Made by a program: the position numbers and the translations under genes | DNA from: Mytilus edulis | Taxonomy: Eukaryota | Length of the DNA stretch: 64,000 nucleotides | Assembly (NCBI RefSeq): GCF_963676685.1 | Contig: NC_092347.1 | Coordinates: forward strand, 17,174,001 to 17,238,000 | Reading direction: 5' to 3' | In this document: piece by piece, positions 49,993 to 63,706 of the stretch | How the letters are laid out: each line of letters starts with the position of its first letter | Position numbering within the stretch: position 1 is the first letter of the stretch | The notes under the pieces: model-generated | Database searches by the model: none | What the model was told of the DNA's origin: nothing | The model's input: only the letters and a program-made list of their open reading frames with translations

Positions 49993-51760
49993 TCGACAAC
50001 CCACATGTTAGTTATATCGAAATCCTGTCCACAATCCACGTGTCGATTTTGTCGAATGCCTATCGACAATCCACATGTCAATTGTATCAAATGCCTGTCG
50101 ACAATCAACATGTCAATTATATCGAATGCATGTTAACAATCCATGTGAAAATTTTATTGAATGCCTGTCTGCAATCCAAAAGTCAATTACATCGAATGTC
50201 TGTCGACAATACACGTGTCAATTACATCGATTCCCTGTCGACAATCCACGTGTAAATTACATCGATTGCGTGTCAACAATCCAAATGTCAATTTCATCGA
50301 ATGCCTGTCCACAATCAACATGTCAATAAATTCGAATTCCTGTCCACAATCCAAATGACAGTAACATCGAATGCCAATCCACAATCAACGTCAATTACAT
50401 CGAATGCCTGTCCACAATCAACGTCAATTACTTCGAAAGCCTGTCCACAATCCACATGACAATTACATCGAATGCCTGTCCACAATCAACGTCAATTACT
50501 TCGAAAGCCTGTCCTCAATCCACATGACAATTACATCGAATGCCTTTCTACAATCAACGTCAATTACATCGAAAGCCTGTCCACAATCCACATGTCAATC
50601 ACTTCGATTGCCTGTCCACAATCAACGTCAATTACATCGAATGCCTGTCAACAATCAACATGTCAATTACTTCGAAAGCCTGTCCACAATCCACATGACA
50701 ATTACATCGAATGCCTGTCAAAATCTAACGTCAATTTCATCGAATGCCTATCCACAATCAACATGTCAATTACATCGAATGCCTGTCCAAAATCCACACA
50801 TCAATCATATCGAATGCCTGTCGACAGTCCACATGTCAATTATATCGAATGCGTGTCGACCATCCACTTATCAATCATATCGAATGCCTGTCAACAATCC
50901 GCATTGGAATTATATATTGAATGCCTGTTGACAATCAATATGTCAATTATATGGAATGTCTGTCGACAATCAACATGCCAATCAAATCGAAAGCCTCTCG
51001 ACAATCCACATGTCAATCATATCGAATGCCTGTCGAAAATTCACATGTCAATTATAACGAATGCATGTAGACCATCAACTTGTCAATAAGATATAATGCC
51101 TGTCAAAAATCCATATGTAAACTTCATTGAATGTCTGTCGACAATTCACATGTCAATTATATCGAATGCCTGTCGAAAATCCACTTGTCAACTACATTAA
51201 ATGTCTGTCGACAATTCACAAGTCAATTACAACGAATGCCTGTAAAAAAATCCACATGTCAATCATATCGAATTCCTGTCGAATATCCACATTGGAATTA
51301 TGTATTGAATGCTTGTCGACAATCCACATGTCAATACCACCTAACGCATGTCGACAATTCACGAGTCAATTATATCGAATGCATGTCGACAATCCACGTG
51401 TCAAATTAATCGAATGCTTGTAGGCAATCTATGTGTCAATCATATCGAATGCCTGTCGAAAATGCTGTACCCATATTTTGACTATTTTATTTATTATGTC
51501 TGTTTAGTTCACGCATCATTGTAAATATAACGGAATTTGATGAGACTGTCATCAAAGTGAGAGGTTTAGCGCTTTAAAACCAGGTTTAATCCACCATTTT
51601 CTACATTTGAAAATGCCTGTACCAAGTCAGGACTTTCCGATTGGATTCTCCTCTGAGTTCAGTATTTTTGTGATTTTACTTTTTTCATATCGAATGCCTG
51701 TCGATAATCCACATGTGAATTATATATCGAATGCCTGTTGACAATCCACATGTGAACTAA
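49993..51760. repeat. ~35-bp (32-35) satellite atcgaatgcctgtcgacaatccacatgtcaattat, ~45 units, interrupted at ~51462-51685
   Basis: Direct inspection; produces the Cys/Ser-rich spurious ORFs at 49945-51423. Confidence 0.92.
51462..51685 (+). mobile_element. Dispersed-repeat (SINE/LINE-tail-like) insertion within the 35-bp satellite
   Basis: Non-satellite block ending in a T-rich tail; tcatatcgaatgcctgtcga on both sides (a TSD cannot be distinguished from the array itself). Confidence 0.55.
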
Positions 51761-54395
51761 TATCTATTTATATGAAACTAGAACATACCCGCGAAATCGC
51801 GGGCATATACAGCTTGTAAACTGTTGTAGGATGATTTTTTGTAAAAGATATTATGACTGGAGAATTTCATATAAGGTATCAAAAGCCCTCTCCCTTTTTT
51901 CCTAAGTCCGTTATGTGTTTCCTTTCTGTTAAATTCAATAAATTTCGTGTTTCTGGCCTTATACCGCAATTATTCTTCCCCTTTGCTACAATGCATTTTT
52001 TGGTAAAAGTCAAATTAAATTGAAAATTTGCACCGCTTCAAACATGAAACTGCTTATAGACCATTATTATTCTAATAAAATGTGCTTCTAGGACAATCCA
52101 TCAGTGCTTTTCCTTTTGAGAGCCCTATTAAAATGTCAATGGTAGGATTTGAATCTCGTATAAATGACTAAGGCTCATTTGAGGGGTGGTCTGAGGGGCC
52201 CTGATACCGAAATCCCGGTCTTCAACATGAAATCCCGAGGTGCGTATTTTAACGAAATTCATATCCCGACATCCCGAAATAAAAACAAATATTATCGCAT
52301 CCCGTAAAGATCAATCCCGTAACCCCGAGCTTAAAAACACCCGATCCCGACGTCCCGAATACTTTCACTTTCAACAATAAATTTTTATGCCCCATCTATG
52401 GAAATTATATTTTCTAGTCTGTTCGTCCGTACGTTCGTTCGTCCGTCCGTCCTTCTGTCCGGCTTCAGGACAAATGCAACTATGAATGTTACCTAACGTA
52501 CACAGAGGCATGATGATTAATTTATTGTGGAAGGAAGAGCAGCGACACACAAAATGAGGTCTGCTCGTTTGATAGTATAGATGGTCACGGCATACAATAG
52601 TACACTTGAAATAATAAACTAACAATAACAAGTTCAGAATGCCAGCGGTATTCACACGAAAAAGAAGACTACACATACTGTCCATGATGATTGAATAAAA
52701 GGGATACATGTCGAAAATAAAAAAGAAATATACAGATTTTCTTACTTGATTATTTTCATAATGACTGGGAAACTTCTATTCAAAAATACATTAATGGTCC
52801 GTCTAGTGAAAGAATATTCCACTCATATAGACAAATGTTTTGTGCTGATGTCTATGTTATACTGATTTGCCACTGAAAGTTTTGCAAAAATCAAGAAAAC
52901 AATAAAAAAAAAAAAAAAAAAAAAAAAACTTGTAATAATAGTGCAGATCTATGTAGGTTCGTGTACAGATCATCCAATGTGATCAATTGCCTGTCGACAG
53001 TGATATATATATAGAGAGAGAGAGTCTATAAGAATCTACCAACCAGTAAACTTATCATGTTTTTTGCATATATATATATAGTGAGATTGTTGGATCCGAC
53101 AATCACTGAAAAGGACAACCAGTTTTTTTAATATAAAAAGGTAGCTGATTAACTCTAGATTCTTTGGTTATTTAAAAAAAAAATGGCCAATATATATGAT
53201 ATATGAGAGAGTGTTTTTAAATTGGCACACAGATTTAATCAGTATTGGCAAAAAAAGTACCTATACCGTAATGAAAGATAAATGTGATAAAAGAATATAC
53301 ATTCAAAGAAAAAGAGGTGCACCAACAGAAAATAGAAACCTCAATCTTACTCTTAATTTCATCGGATTTCAAAATTTTAACTCTAACCAGAATTTTTACT
53401 CTATCTAACAGTATAAATCGGAAATTTCTAAGTGCAACTCGAGCGTTAACCAGAACTCTTACTGGAATAAATGTTCGAAATCAAAATAAAACTCGAAGTT
53501 TAACTCAAAATTCAACTGGAATTTAATTTGGTTCGATTATGGAGCGTTGTGAGATTATGGAAATGTTAACCAATTTTAAATTTCTTCAAAAAAATTGTCA
53601 TTATTGCTTTTTATGCCCAATTAATGGGCATTATGTTTTTGGTCTGTGGGTCCGTTCGTCCGTCCGTCCTTTCGTCCCGCTTCAGGTTAAATTTTTTGGT
53701 CGAGGTAGTTTTTGATGAAGTTGAAGTCCAAACAACTTTAAACTTAGTACACATGTTTCTTATGATATGATCTTTCTAATTTTAATGCCGAATCAGAGAT
53801 TTCCCCCCATTTTCACGGTCCATTGAACATAGAAAATGATAGTGCAGATGGGGCATCCGTGTACTATGAACCATTCTTGTTTTGAAAGTGCCGAGTTTGT
53901 GGCTTTTTAAACATTTCAGGTTTTATCTTCCCGGTGCAAATGGATAAGTTAGTGAATTTATTCTGTGTGTAGTCTAAATGGAACGTGTTACTTTTCAACC
54001 CGGATACTCTCAGTCTTCCGAAGTAGAAGATTCTTAATCTGCAAGCCGTAAATTATTTCTTTAATACGACATGAGGAAGACATTCGTTTTCCCTAGTATA
54101 CAACAAATGCAATTACAAAAATTAGATGACTTCAACTTTGAGAATTACTTCATAATAAACTGCTACTGTATGTAATGTTTAACGTTTCGATAGATTGATA
54201 AAAATATCAATGAATAATCAAAATACCTTGATTTTTTTTAATTATATTTTGTAGTGAAAAGGTTTAATTCCACCTAATAGTTCCAAGCATTGCAAGAAAT
54301 GCTCATATGCTAGCAACGTCGTTATAGTTCTCGCCCAAAATCGACAATAAGATTAATCCGTTTTAGCGGATTTAAAACATCGGTGATCCCCCCTT

Positions 54396-55668
54396 TTTTT
54401 TAGCTCACCTGGCCCAAAGGGCCAAGTGAGCTTTTCCCATCACTTGGCGTCCGGCGTCCGTCGTCGTTAACTTTTATAAAAATCTTCTCCTCTGAAACTA
54501 CTGGGCCAAATTTAACCAAATCTGACATCGGGTAGAATTGTTTATCAGGTCAAGATGTATCTGCCTTGAAATTTTCAGATGAATCGGACAACTCGTTGTT
54601 AGGTTGCTGCCCCTGAATTGGTAATTTTAAGGAAATTTTACTGTTTTTGGTTATTATCTCGAATATTATTATAGATAGAGATAAACTGTAAACAGCAATA
54701 ATGTTCAGCTAAGTAAGATTTACAAATAAGTCAACATGACTGAAATGGTCAGTTGACCCCTTTAGGAGTTATTGCCCTTTATAGTCAATTTTTTTAACCA
54801 TTTTTCGTAAATCTTAGTAATCTTTTAGAAAAATCTTCTCCTCTGAAACTACTGGGCCAAATAAAACCAAACTTGGCCACAATCATCATTGGGGTATCTT
54901 GTTAAAAAAATGTGTGGCGTGACTTGGCCAACCAACCAAGATTGCTAAAAATAGAACATAGGGGTAAAATGCAGTTTTTGGCTTATAACTCAAAAACCAA
55001 AGCATTTAGAGCAAATTTGACAGGAGATAAAATTGTTTATTAGGTGAAGATCTGTCTGCCCTAAATCGGATAATTGATTGTTAAGTTGCTGCCCCTGAAT
55101 TGGTAATTTTAAGGAAATTTTGCCGTTTTTTTGTTATAATTTTGAATATTATTATAGTTAGAGATAAACTGTAAACAGCAATAATGTACAGAAAAGTAAG
55201 ATCTAAAAATAAGTTTACGTGACCAAAATGGTCAATTGACCCCCTAAGGAGTTATTGCCCTTTATAGTCAATTTTTAACAATTTTCATAAAATTTGTAAA
55301 TTTTCACTAGTATTTTCACTGAAACTACTGGGCCAAGTTCATTAAAGATAGAGATAATTGTAGCAGCAAGAATGTTTAGTAAAGTAAGATCTACAAACAC
55401 ATCACCATCACCAAAACACAATTGTATTGCCCTTTATAGTCAGTTTTTAACAATTTTCATAAAATTTGTAAATTTTCACTAGCATTTTCACTGAAACTAC
55501 TGGGCCAAGTTCATTAAAGATAGAGATAATTGTAAGCAGCAAGAATGTTTAGTAAAGTAAGATCTACAAACACATCACCATCACCAAAACACAATTTTGT
55601 CATGTGTCCTTTGTTTAATATTCACATACACCAAGGTGAGCGACACAGGCTCTTTAGAGCCTCTAGTT
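54396..55668 (+). mobile_element. HINE-like element (Helentron-associated) with internal tandem duplications
   Basis: Begins in a T run with agctcacctggcccaaagggccaagtgagct hairpin and cgtccggcgtcc microsatellite; ends aggtgagcg..ggctctttagagcc hairpin then T-rich flank; internal ~350-480-bp and ~170-bp repeats. Confidence 0.8.
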
Positions 55669-56640
55669 ATTTATGCTTTTAAAATCTCCACTGAAGCTGC
55701 AAATTATGCAGAAGTTTGACGGAAAAAATATTAGTAGATTTTTTTTTATTTCAAGAAAAATCTATAAATTGAAATTAAAAATGGCGGGAAATGTTCAAAG
55801 GCCTTGAAATATAAGGAAACTGAGAAAAATAAATGTGTATAAGGTAAAAGTTACAATTGACTGTTTTAGATATACCAGATTAACATCGTTTTTCAATAAT
55901 TTTGCCTTCAATTAGCAACTTTGATCGTTCGGTATAACGCGATTCTTTACTTTTTGATGACGTCATATCTCAAAAACATCGGTGACCCCAATTTTTTTTT
56001 CGCCGAAAATATTGTAATAACTTTAAAGTATGATCTGTCTACATGCAAAATTTCAATGAATTATTATTAGTAGTATAAATTGTGTGATTTCCCTTTAATT
56101 TTTTTTATAATGACTGGGAAACTGCTATTCAAAAGTGCTATCATATGCCTCAGTCTAAAAGTTGATTGTGATTAATAAAATTATAATTAAGTATTATAGT
56201 ATTATTTTTTTATAGAGGTATCCTTCAATAATATTTAACATGGACAAAACGAGAAGAAATTATATTCATCCTCAATTTCTTGCCCAAAAAAGGATAGACA
56301 AGGGCGTAATTTTCATTCAATATTGGTATAAGGACGTATAACGCCTGCTTCAAATTGTACTGAGGTGCACTGAGTTTAAATTTACTGAAAACTGCTCTTT
56401 TCATATTTCGAGATAAGGGGATTTTTTCACTTTTTTAGTGTTATGAAAGAATTTTAGTTTTCACATCTAAGGATAGAATATTTCATAATTTGATAAGCCT
56501 GGTCAACAATTCTTGGTTGGATAGTATTTAACTTCTATATTAAACCTTGCTTTATTAACAACCTGTTTTTTTGGGTTTTTTTTGCTTTCTTTTTATTGGA
56601 CCAAAGACAGGAGATGCGGTATTTATCAATGACTCTATAA

Positions 56641-56733
56641 CACAGGCACTTGTCTCAGAATTTTTTTCCCCCTATATACCTTAATAGTGTCATATTCAAT
56701 TATATACACAAAAAATCTGAGCAAGTGCCTGTG
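56641..56733. mobile_element. 93-bp CACAG-terminated MITE-like palindrome
   Basis: cacaggcacttgtctcaga / tctgagcaagtgcctgtg (one indel). Confidence 0.6.
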
Positions 56734-58706
56734 CTTTATACTACATGTTCAGGTGTGACATCCTCAATATTTACACAGTCGAGTACACCGTTCACATTTA
56801 ATACTTGACCTATATCATCCCTGAGCATCCGTACCAATTCGGGTGCCTGCATGGAGGACTCAGTGTGTCGCAAGTATTAACTGTACTTTATTTTTTTTCT
56901 TTGAAGCGCTACTAAAGGCGTGTCTTTATAGTCAATCGAAAAATGTTATCGACAATTAAAATCAGAGAACTAATTTCAATGTCCTCAAAATAAGCAATAT
57001 CATGAAAAATGAAGTTATCAACATGTATGTTTACAGTGACGAATTGAACTTCGTATAAATATTGATGTTTTAGAAGATTTTGTAAATTTGATTGGCCGAC
57101 AACATTCCGATATAATATTTTATTTACAACGTGGCAACAATACTGAATACATGCATAGCAAAACAAACGATAAGCTTTTGTTTCGTATGAAACGCTTACG
57201 GTGAATGGTCAACGCTTTTACGTACCATTAACATTACACAATAAAACATTCATTTCTTCAATAAATAATCGACGTATTATGAGTAAGACCACATCTAAAC
57301 AGGACCTGCTTACTCTTACAAAGCACCTAAGATAACCCTCAGTTTTTTGTTGGATTCGTGATGCTCAGATTCCTGTTGTGTTTTGTGTACTGTTATTTGA
57401 CTTTTCTTCGTTTTTCGTGATTTTTTTTTGCCATGGCATAGTCAGTTTGTTTTCAACTTATGAATTTGAATATTACTTTGGTATCGTTTGCTGCACTTTT
57501 TACATTAAAATTGAGCTTTATTTATCTTTACATATTATCAGTCATAAACTTCTGGACAAATACGGGCCGCTTTAGTGACAGGTCATCATACTCTGCTACT
57601 CCTATATGAAAGCATTGACCAGAATGTATTTTTCAATTCATAAAAAAAATACTACTTACATGCCTATTGTTATTTTAATAGTGTGCGACTGATCAGAGTT
57701 ACTAGACCGTTGCATTAAAGCTACATCGTATTCATTAATTGAGGACACAGCTAGCATGCTGGACATATTCTTTGGAATTATAACAGAAAATCCAGAGAAA
57801 AATGTTTTAGCAATGAAAATTTAACGCTTTATGGTACTTTATTGATGAGGGTTGAAAGATACCAGAGAGACATTCAAACGCATAGATCGAAAATAAACCA
57901 TTGCAACACGAACTCACCAAAAACTGGGGGTGATATCAGGTGCTCCGGAAGGGTAAGCTCGTGTTATTACAAACCTGGCGATTGTATGTTGCCATTATAA
58001 AGTATTTAACATATTTCGGATTCATTATTATTCGTTGTATACCATTTTCGTAGAAATCCTTGTTACCCGAGAGCCACGAATGCCTATTTCCAAGGAATAA
58101 CAAATTTTCAATAAGAATGTAATCAGACTTTGGCAAAACTACGAAATCAATTATCCTCGAAAATGCAAGTTTTCCTCAACACTCGAAAATATATGAAAAC
58201 ACATTTATCTGTTTTTTTTTACTATTTGAAATGACATACTATGTATATCACAGTGTAGATACTATTCTGTACGCTATCCGGAAGTCGCGATTTTCGAAGC
58301 GAGAACTTTTTGGATAGTATGTGAAATTTGATGGATATACTGAATTTAACGGTAAGTGGATCATCTGTACATTGCTGAATGATTAATTCAGCTGACATCG
58401 ATATTCTCAAATGGTTTAGAATTAAATTTAGCACATTCATTATTCGTATCTCTGTCTTAATCAATAGATTTTCAAGTGCATCACTAAGGACAATCAGTCT
58501 GTGAACCTAAAAACAATCTTTTTACCATCTTAGTGTACAAATTAACGTAAATACCAGACTTAATTAACTAAATGAAATATATTTCAAGTGGTGGTAAAAG
58601 TTTCAACCAGATCTTTGAAGCCAGAAATAAGAAAATAACACTTGTTTGAATTTCTCACTGTACGATCAGTCTCGCTTGTATATTTTGAAACTGTATGATC
58701 AGTCGT

Positions 58707-59185
58707 TATTTCACTGTATTCTAGTAGTGATTTCAAAGTTATTTACGATACATTTAGAAGATGTCATTTTTCTAAATAACACAAATATATTTCAATAAAT
58801 TCACATCCTGAAAACTTATATGAAACATGTTTAGCTTAATAGGGTGTACTCGACTTACTACATTCAGTATAAAGATGTTAAATGTTGTTAAAATCTTTAT
58901 ATTTCACTGTATTCTAGTAGTGATTTCAAAGTTATTTACGATACATTTAGAAGGTGTCATTTTTCGAAATAACACAAATATATTTCAATAAATTAACATC
59001 CTGAAAAAAACTTATATGAAACATTGAAGGCCGTACTTTAACCTATAATGGTTTAATTTTTAAATTGTTATTTGGATGGAGAGTTGTCTCATTGGCACTC
59101 ACACCACATCTTGCTATATCTATTAGCTTAATAGGGTGTACTCGACTTACTACATTCAGTATAAGGATGTTTAAATGTTGTTAAA
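58707..59185. repeat. ~190-bp direct duplication; second copy split by a ~100-bp repeat fragment (~59025-59122)
   Basis: tatttcactgtattctagtagtgatttcaaag...cattcagtataa occurs twice. Confidence 0.8.
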
Positions 59186-60900
59186 ACAAGAGGAAGGTTT
59201 GTTGTATGTATAAGTTTCAGAATTGTCCTCCGTTATACTTAAAATTGTACAAACGCACAGATTTAATTGTAATACAAAAATGCATGTATGTACACACATT
59301 CGAGGCCGTACTGTAGCCTATAATTGATCACAGTTACTTCACTTTGTTTTGGGAGTAGAGCTATTTCTGTGACACCCAATTGTACAACACTGCGGGGGTT
59401 TATAATGATAATGAAGTCCGTCTTTCCGTTCGTTCGTTGGACAGTTATACTATGTTTGGCCGGTTTTGTAAGTACATCTCCTCATTTACCACTTAATATA
59501 CAATGGGGTTTCCAGCCATTTTTAAATGGAGAGAGGGTCCAATCCAGGAGAAAAGGGGATTCCAAATATATGTTCCCATACAAATGCATTGATAGTTAAA
59601 AAGGATTTCAATCCGCCGGATCGTCTATTTCGAATTAAAGTAAACATCTTTTATTGGGGTTCTTTGTATAAGATACGGACTATGCATTATATGGGGCACC
59701 TATCAGGTTTTTCCAACACCACCTCCTAAACCAATTATAAACGTTCTGAACTGAATTGCTCCATTTTTAATCAATTAATGCAAATATGCACCTTCTATTT
59801 CTATTTTTTGGTGAAAATATTTTTCATGTTTTTATATCTCAAATACGGACTTTGCCATAGTTTTATATTGGGCGTATCTATTTTATATCCACAAATTCCT
59901 TCAGACACTTAACTTTGTGAATCTTTTTTAGATTCTTTATCATTTAATTCAATTGTGCACCTCTTATTTTCATTTTTTTTTTAGAAAACTCACTGTTTTC
60001 TCCTTCCGTGATAAGGGCTTTTCCACTACCTTATTGGGTGGTACCCATTCACTATACGCAACTTTCCTAAACTTACCGTATATTAATAAAACTTTCTCAG
60101 ATTCTTTATCAAATGATGCCACTCTGCACCTATATTTTAGTTGGGTTTTTTTTTTTGGGGGGGGGGGGGTATTTTTTCCAAAACATGGACTTCAGAAGCG
60201 GCGGGAGAATACTTTCGTTAATTCTTTTCTCAATACCTCAAGTTTTTAAACAAATCACTGCATGTTGTATTGAGTTGTAAATACTTAAATTTACATATAT
60301 TACTTCAAAAAGAAGATGAAATATTATTGCCAATTGATTGCCAATTTAATTATACAACTGTCCCTCCGCATCTCAAATGTTCCCTGAATAAAATAATTCA
60401 CATGAGACAAACCAACGACCATAAATTATATACAGCGAGGTAATACGTATTTGTTAGATCTAACCCACACACACACACACCAACACAAACACCGATACAC
60501 ACCAACAACCCTTTTAACCCTGCACAATTGAAATATGAAAAAAAACAAAAACGTTTAAATCCCTTTTAAATAAGCTGTACTCGCCAGACCGATAAAATGC
60601 CAAACTTAAAGCAAACAACATCGAACAAAAATGAGGACAAAATCACAAATATTCAAAACGACAACGCAGTGAAGCAGTGATATAACTTAGGAAGCTACCA
60701 TTTGATTTTTAGGGGGGGGGGGGGGGCTAGGATGAAAAATTGTGTCCTGCTTTTTTTTTTATTTGTAATCTCTATCCTGCCTTTTTATTTTTCAGTCTAT
60801 TCGGTCCTGCCTTTTTTTCTTAGCTTATCCTGACTTTTTTACAACAAATGTCATCCTGCCTTTTTTTTCCAAGTTACTCATCCTGCCTTTTTTTTTACGA

Positions 60901-61283
60901 CCATTGGTTGACGACCTAAATTATCCCATTGACTGGGACAGATTAGTTGAACGTTTGTTGGTAACAATCACTGCTCACTATGTACTTGTTAAAGACACTG
61001 AATCTGTGGGGTCACATAAGGTTCTCAACACCTAAATAAAGTAATTCGAAAAACTAATCCGGAATAATACGATGTGTTGATTTATATCAATAATATAAAT
61101 CAAAACATAAAGGTTATTCCTGAATAATTTTTCGAATTATTTTATTATTAAAGGCGTTAAGAACCTATGGTGACCCCACAGTTTAAATTATATAATAAGT
61201 AAGAAGTGAGCAATGGTCGTTACCGACAAACGTTCACTTGATTTGTCCCAGTCAATGGGATAATTTAGGTCGTCAATCAATGG
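60901..61283. mobile_element. Foldback MITE, almost entirely palindromic
   Basis: ccattggttgacgacctaaattatcccattgactgggaca pairs with tgtcccagtcaatgggataatttaggtcgtcaatcaatgg; pairing continues inward (ctgtggggtcac / gtgaccccacag, etc.). Confidence 0.85.
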
Positions 61284-62624
61284 CCAGGACCACACTGTTT
61301 TGAATATGATTCTATATTGATTTGAATTTAACATGTTCATTTCATTAACAATTTTCAAATAACAAAGTCAGTAGATATTAACAATGTGCCTCCTTTTCAC
61401 CCCATCCCAAAGTTTTTCTCAGGGTCGACTAATATCAACTTTTAACCTGAATGTTTCGGCGGACGGTGTAAATATTCTTTTAAAATGTTATAGCTAAAAA
61501 GATAACTGCAACTATACACTATTACAAAGTCCACAAGCAAATCAAGTATTGCTTTTTAGGCGTTTGATTTTAAACAAGACTGACGGAACAAAAATACAAT
61601 TATTTTGCAGTCTACAAAAATCATCATATCTATATTTATATTGTCTGATGAACGATACTACACTTTAAAGTTCCCTGGACAGTTCATAATATCATATAAA
61701 TACGTAGATACCTTCAAATTGCCTTTGTTTTTTCTTCAAAATCACGACTGGTCATACAGTAAAAAAATTTGAAATCGCTACTAGAATACAGTCAGTTATG
61801 GACTGATCGTACAGTAATTTATTTTGGTATCCTCAAGGAAAACATATTTTTAATGGGAAATACGAATGTTCTACTTAAATACGAAACGAATATTGAAACA
61901 GTATATATTGAACTTTAAACTGATGCAAATATTTGCAATAAAAGGTTATTTGTTTTGTACTACGAGAGCAAAATTGTCCATCGATTTCACTTTTTTCTAT
62001 GAAGTTGGTATGATGCACACGTATATTTTATATTCTACTGCATGTTTTTGTTAAAGTTACACATATTTATGATGCTTTACATACCTTGAAGATGTTCAAA
62101 GCACTTTATAGATATAGGTGTAAACAAATGATGAGAAAAGTCACCGTAGGCAAACCCGTCCTGTTAGCCAGTTGGTAGTCATCGCTTCGAAAATCGCGAC
62201 TTCCGGATAGCGTACAGAATAGTATCTACACTGTGTATATGAGTGTTGGAAAATCAGTTTTAACAGCATTATACACGGACATAATGGATTTAGGGGAGTG
62301 AAGTCCAGTAAAACATTATTGTTATTTCCTCAAAGGTATATAATTCAGTATGTTACCTTGATTGAAGATGTTACATTGATTATAGACATTACCTTTACAA
62401 GGTCAATAAACCTAGTGATTTATTTATTGATTATTGTTAGAAAAAGGCATTCTATATTAATTAAATTAATACGAAATCGGAATTCTTCACTTTATTTCCC
62501 TGATACTTATACATTTCAATCCAAATTGGCTTTTAACAATGCCTCTATGATGTGTCTTCTTAAAGTATAATTACTTCATTAATCGATATTCAGTGTTGCG
62601 TCAGATTGTGGGAGGACGATAAAC

Positions 62625-63706
62625 ATGGATCTATCCTCCTCCACAGAGGGCAGTGAGGCCTCAGATGACTCGGGAATATGGATGTCAGTACTCAAATGTT
62701 ACATATGTGGAGATTTATTCCGGAAACCTCGGATTCTGCCTTGTGGACATACGTTCTGTTCAGACTGTTTGTTATCGTTACGAGATGAAGTGGCCATGGA
62801 GTTTAAAAAGAAGTACAAGGCTGCTTTTAGGAGAGGTGAAAGTGGTGTGATGACCTGTCCACATCCAGAATGTGACTATTCGCTGAGAATCATGAATCTG
62901 CGAAGATGGACTATGAAAAACAAAGCAGCTGCAGAAGCTGTTGGCATGTTGAGAAGGAAAATCCAGGATAAAAGGGTATGTCATATGATTTAAAATTTAA
63001 ATCTTTGTTAAGAATTACGATGTTCTTCGTGTCCCAACTTATCTATTTGTAAAATGAAATTCGCTTTCTTATAATATATAGGTGGCTTCTGATTTAGATC
63101 AAATAAAATCGATATTGTTCCCGCTTTGAAAAAGGATAGATAACAATATATATAATATATCTTAAGCTTCGCTCGCTCTCTGTTATACCGCATACAAAAG
63201 ATTGTAGTTAATAGACGTAGCGCATTTAACTGTTATACCGCATACAAAAGATTGTAGTTAATAGACGTAGCGCATTAAAAGTATAGTTTCAAGCAAATTA
63301 ATAAAAAAAAAAAAAACACGAAATTAAAAAAAAAAATGAAGATAAAATTAGTGTGCTTTGTTTTGTGTTATATTTACTGGATATTTGATAATGAAAGGGA
63401 GAAGCTATTTGGGAATTTTGATGGAGGAAAGTTTTTTTTTCACAGGATAGTGCAACACAGACAAATCTTCAGCTTGGAAACAAATCTCTGTCTCTACCTA
63501 GGATCATGTATACAGTCTCTCGACAGCCCCAGGAGGAAACCACAAAACCAACGAGTAACATGGAACATATGACTAATTCATTATTACGAATGGACCCAAT
63601 CAGCAAATCACATCTGTCATTAAACACAGAGGTCAAATCTTGGAGGTCATTAGCTACATTAATTGGTATGAATTTGGTAGGAGAGATGTTTTCTCTGTCA
63701 TACTAG
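62625..63706 (+). CDS. RING-finger (C3HC4, TRIM-type RING) protein; exons 62625-62975 and 63446-63665 (donor) or -63706 (stop)
   Basis: CYICGDLFRKPRILPCGHTFCSDC...CPHPEC; AGG|gtatgt donor and tttttcacag acceptor join in phase 0. The 3' end is uncertain. Confidence 0.8.
63180..63276. repeat. Perfect ~47-bp direct duplication in the RING gene intron
   Basis: ctgttataccgcatacaaaagattgtagttaatagacgtagcgcatt twice, 50-bp period. Confidence 0.9.

Larger units (their letters stand above)
58249..62235. mobile_element. ~3.99-kb non-autonomous DNA transposon with perfect 54-bp TIRs starting CACAGTG (Transib/RAG-like or CMC class)
   Basis: 58249-58302 is the exact reverse complement of 62182-62235; TATAT on both flanks; further inverted subterminal motifs at ~58655-58740 and ~61745-61815. 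Confidence 0.85.

Noticed and set aside
49830-51423. Cys/Ser/His-rich ORFs
   Set aside because: Translations of the 35-bp satellite in multiple frames.
62625-62993. RING ORF as a RAG1-like fragment linked to the CACAGTG element
   Set aside because: It lies outside the TIRs, has a TRIM-type RING context, and no RAG1 core motifs are visible.
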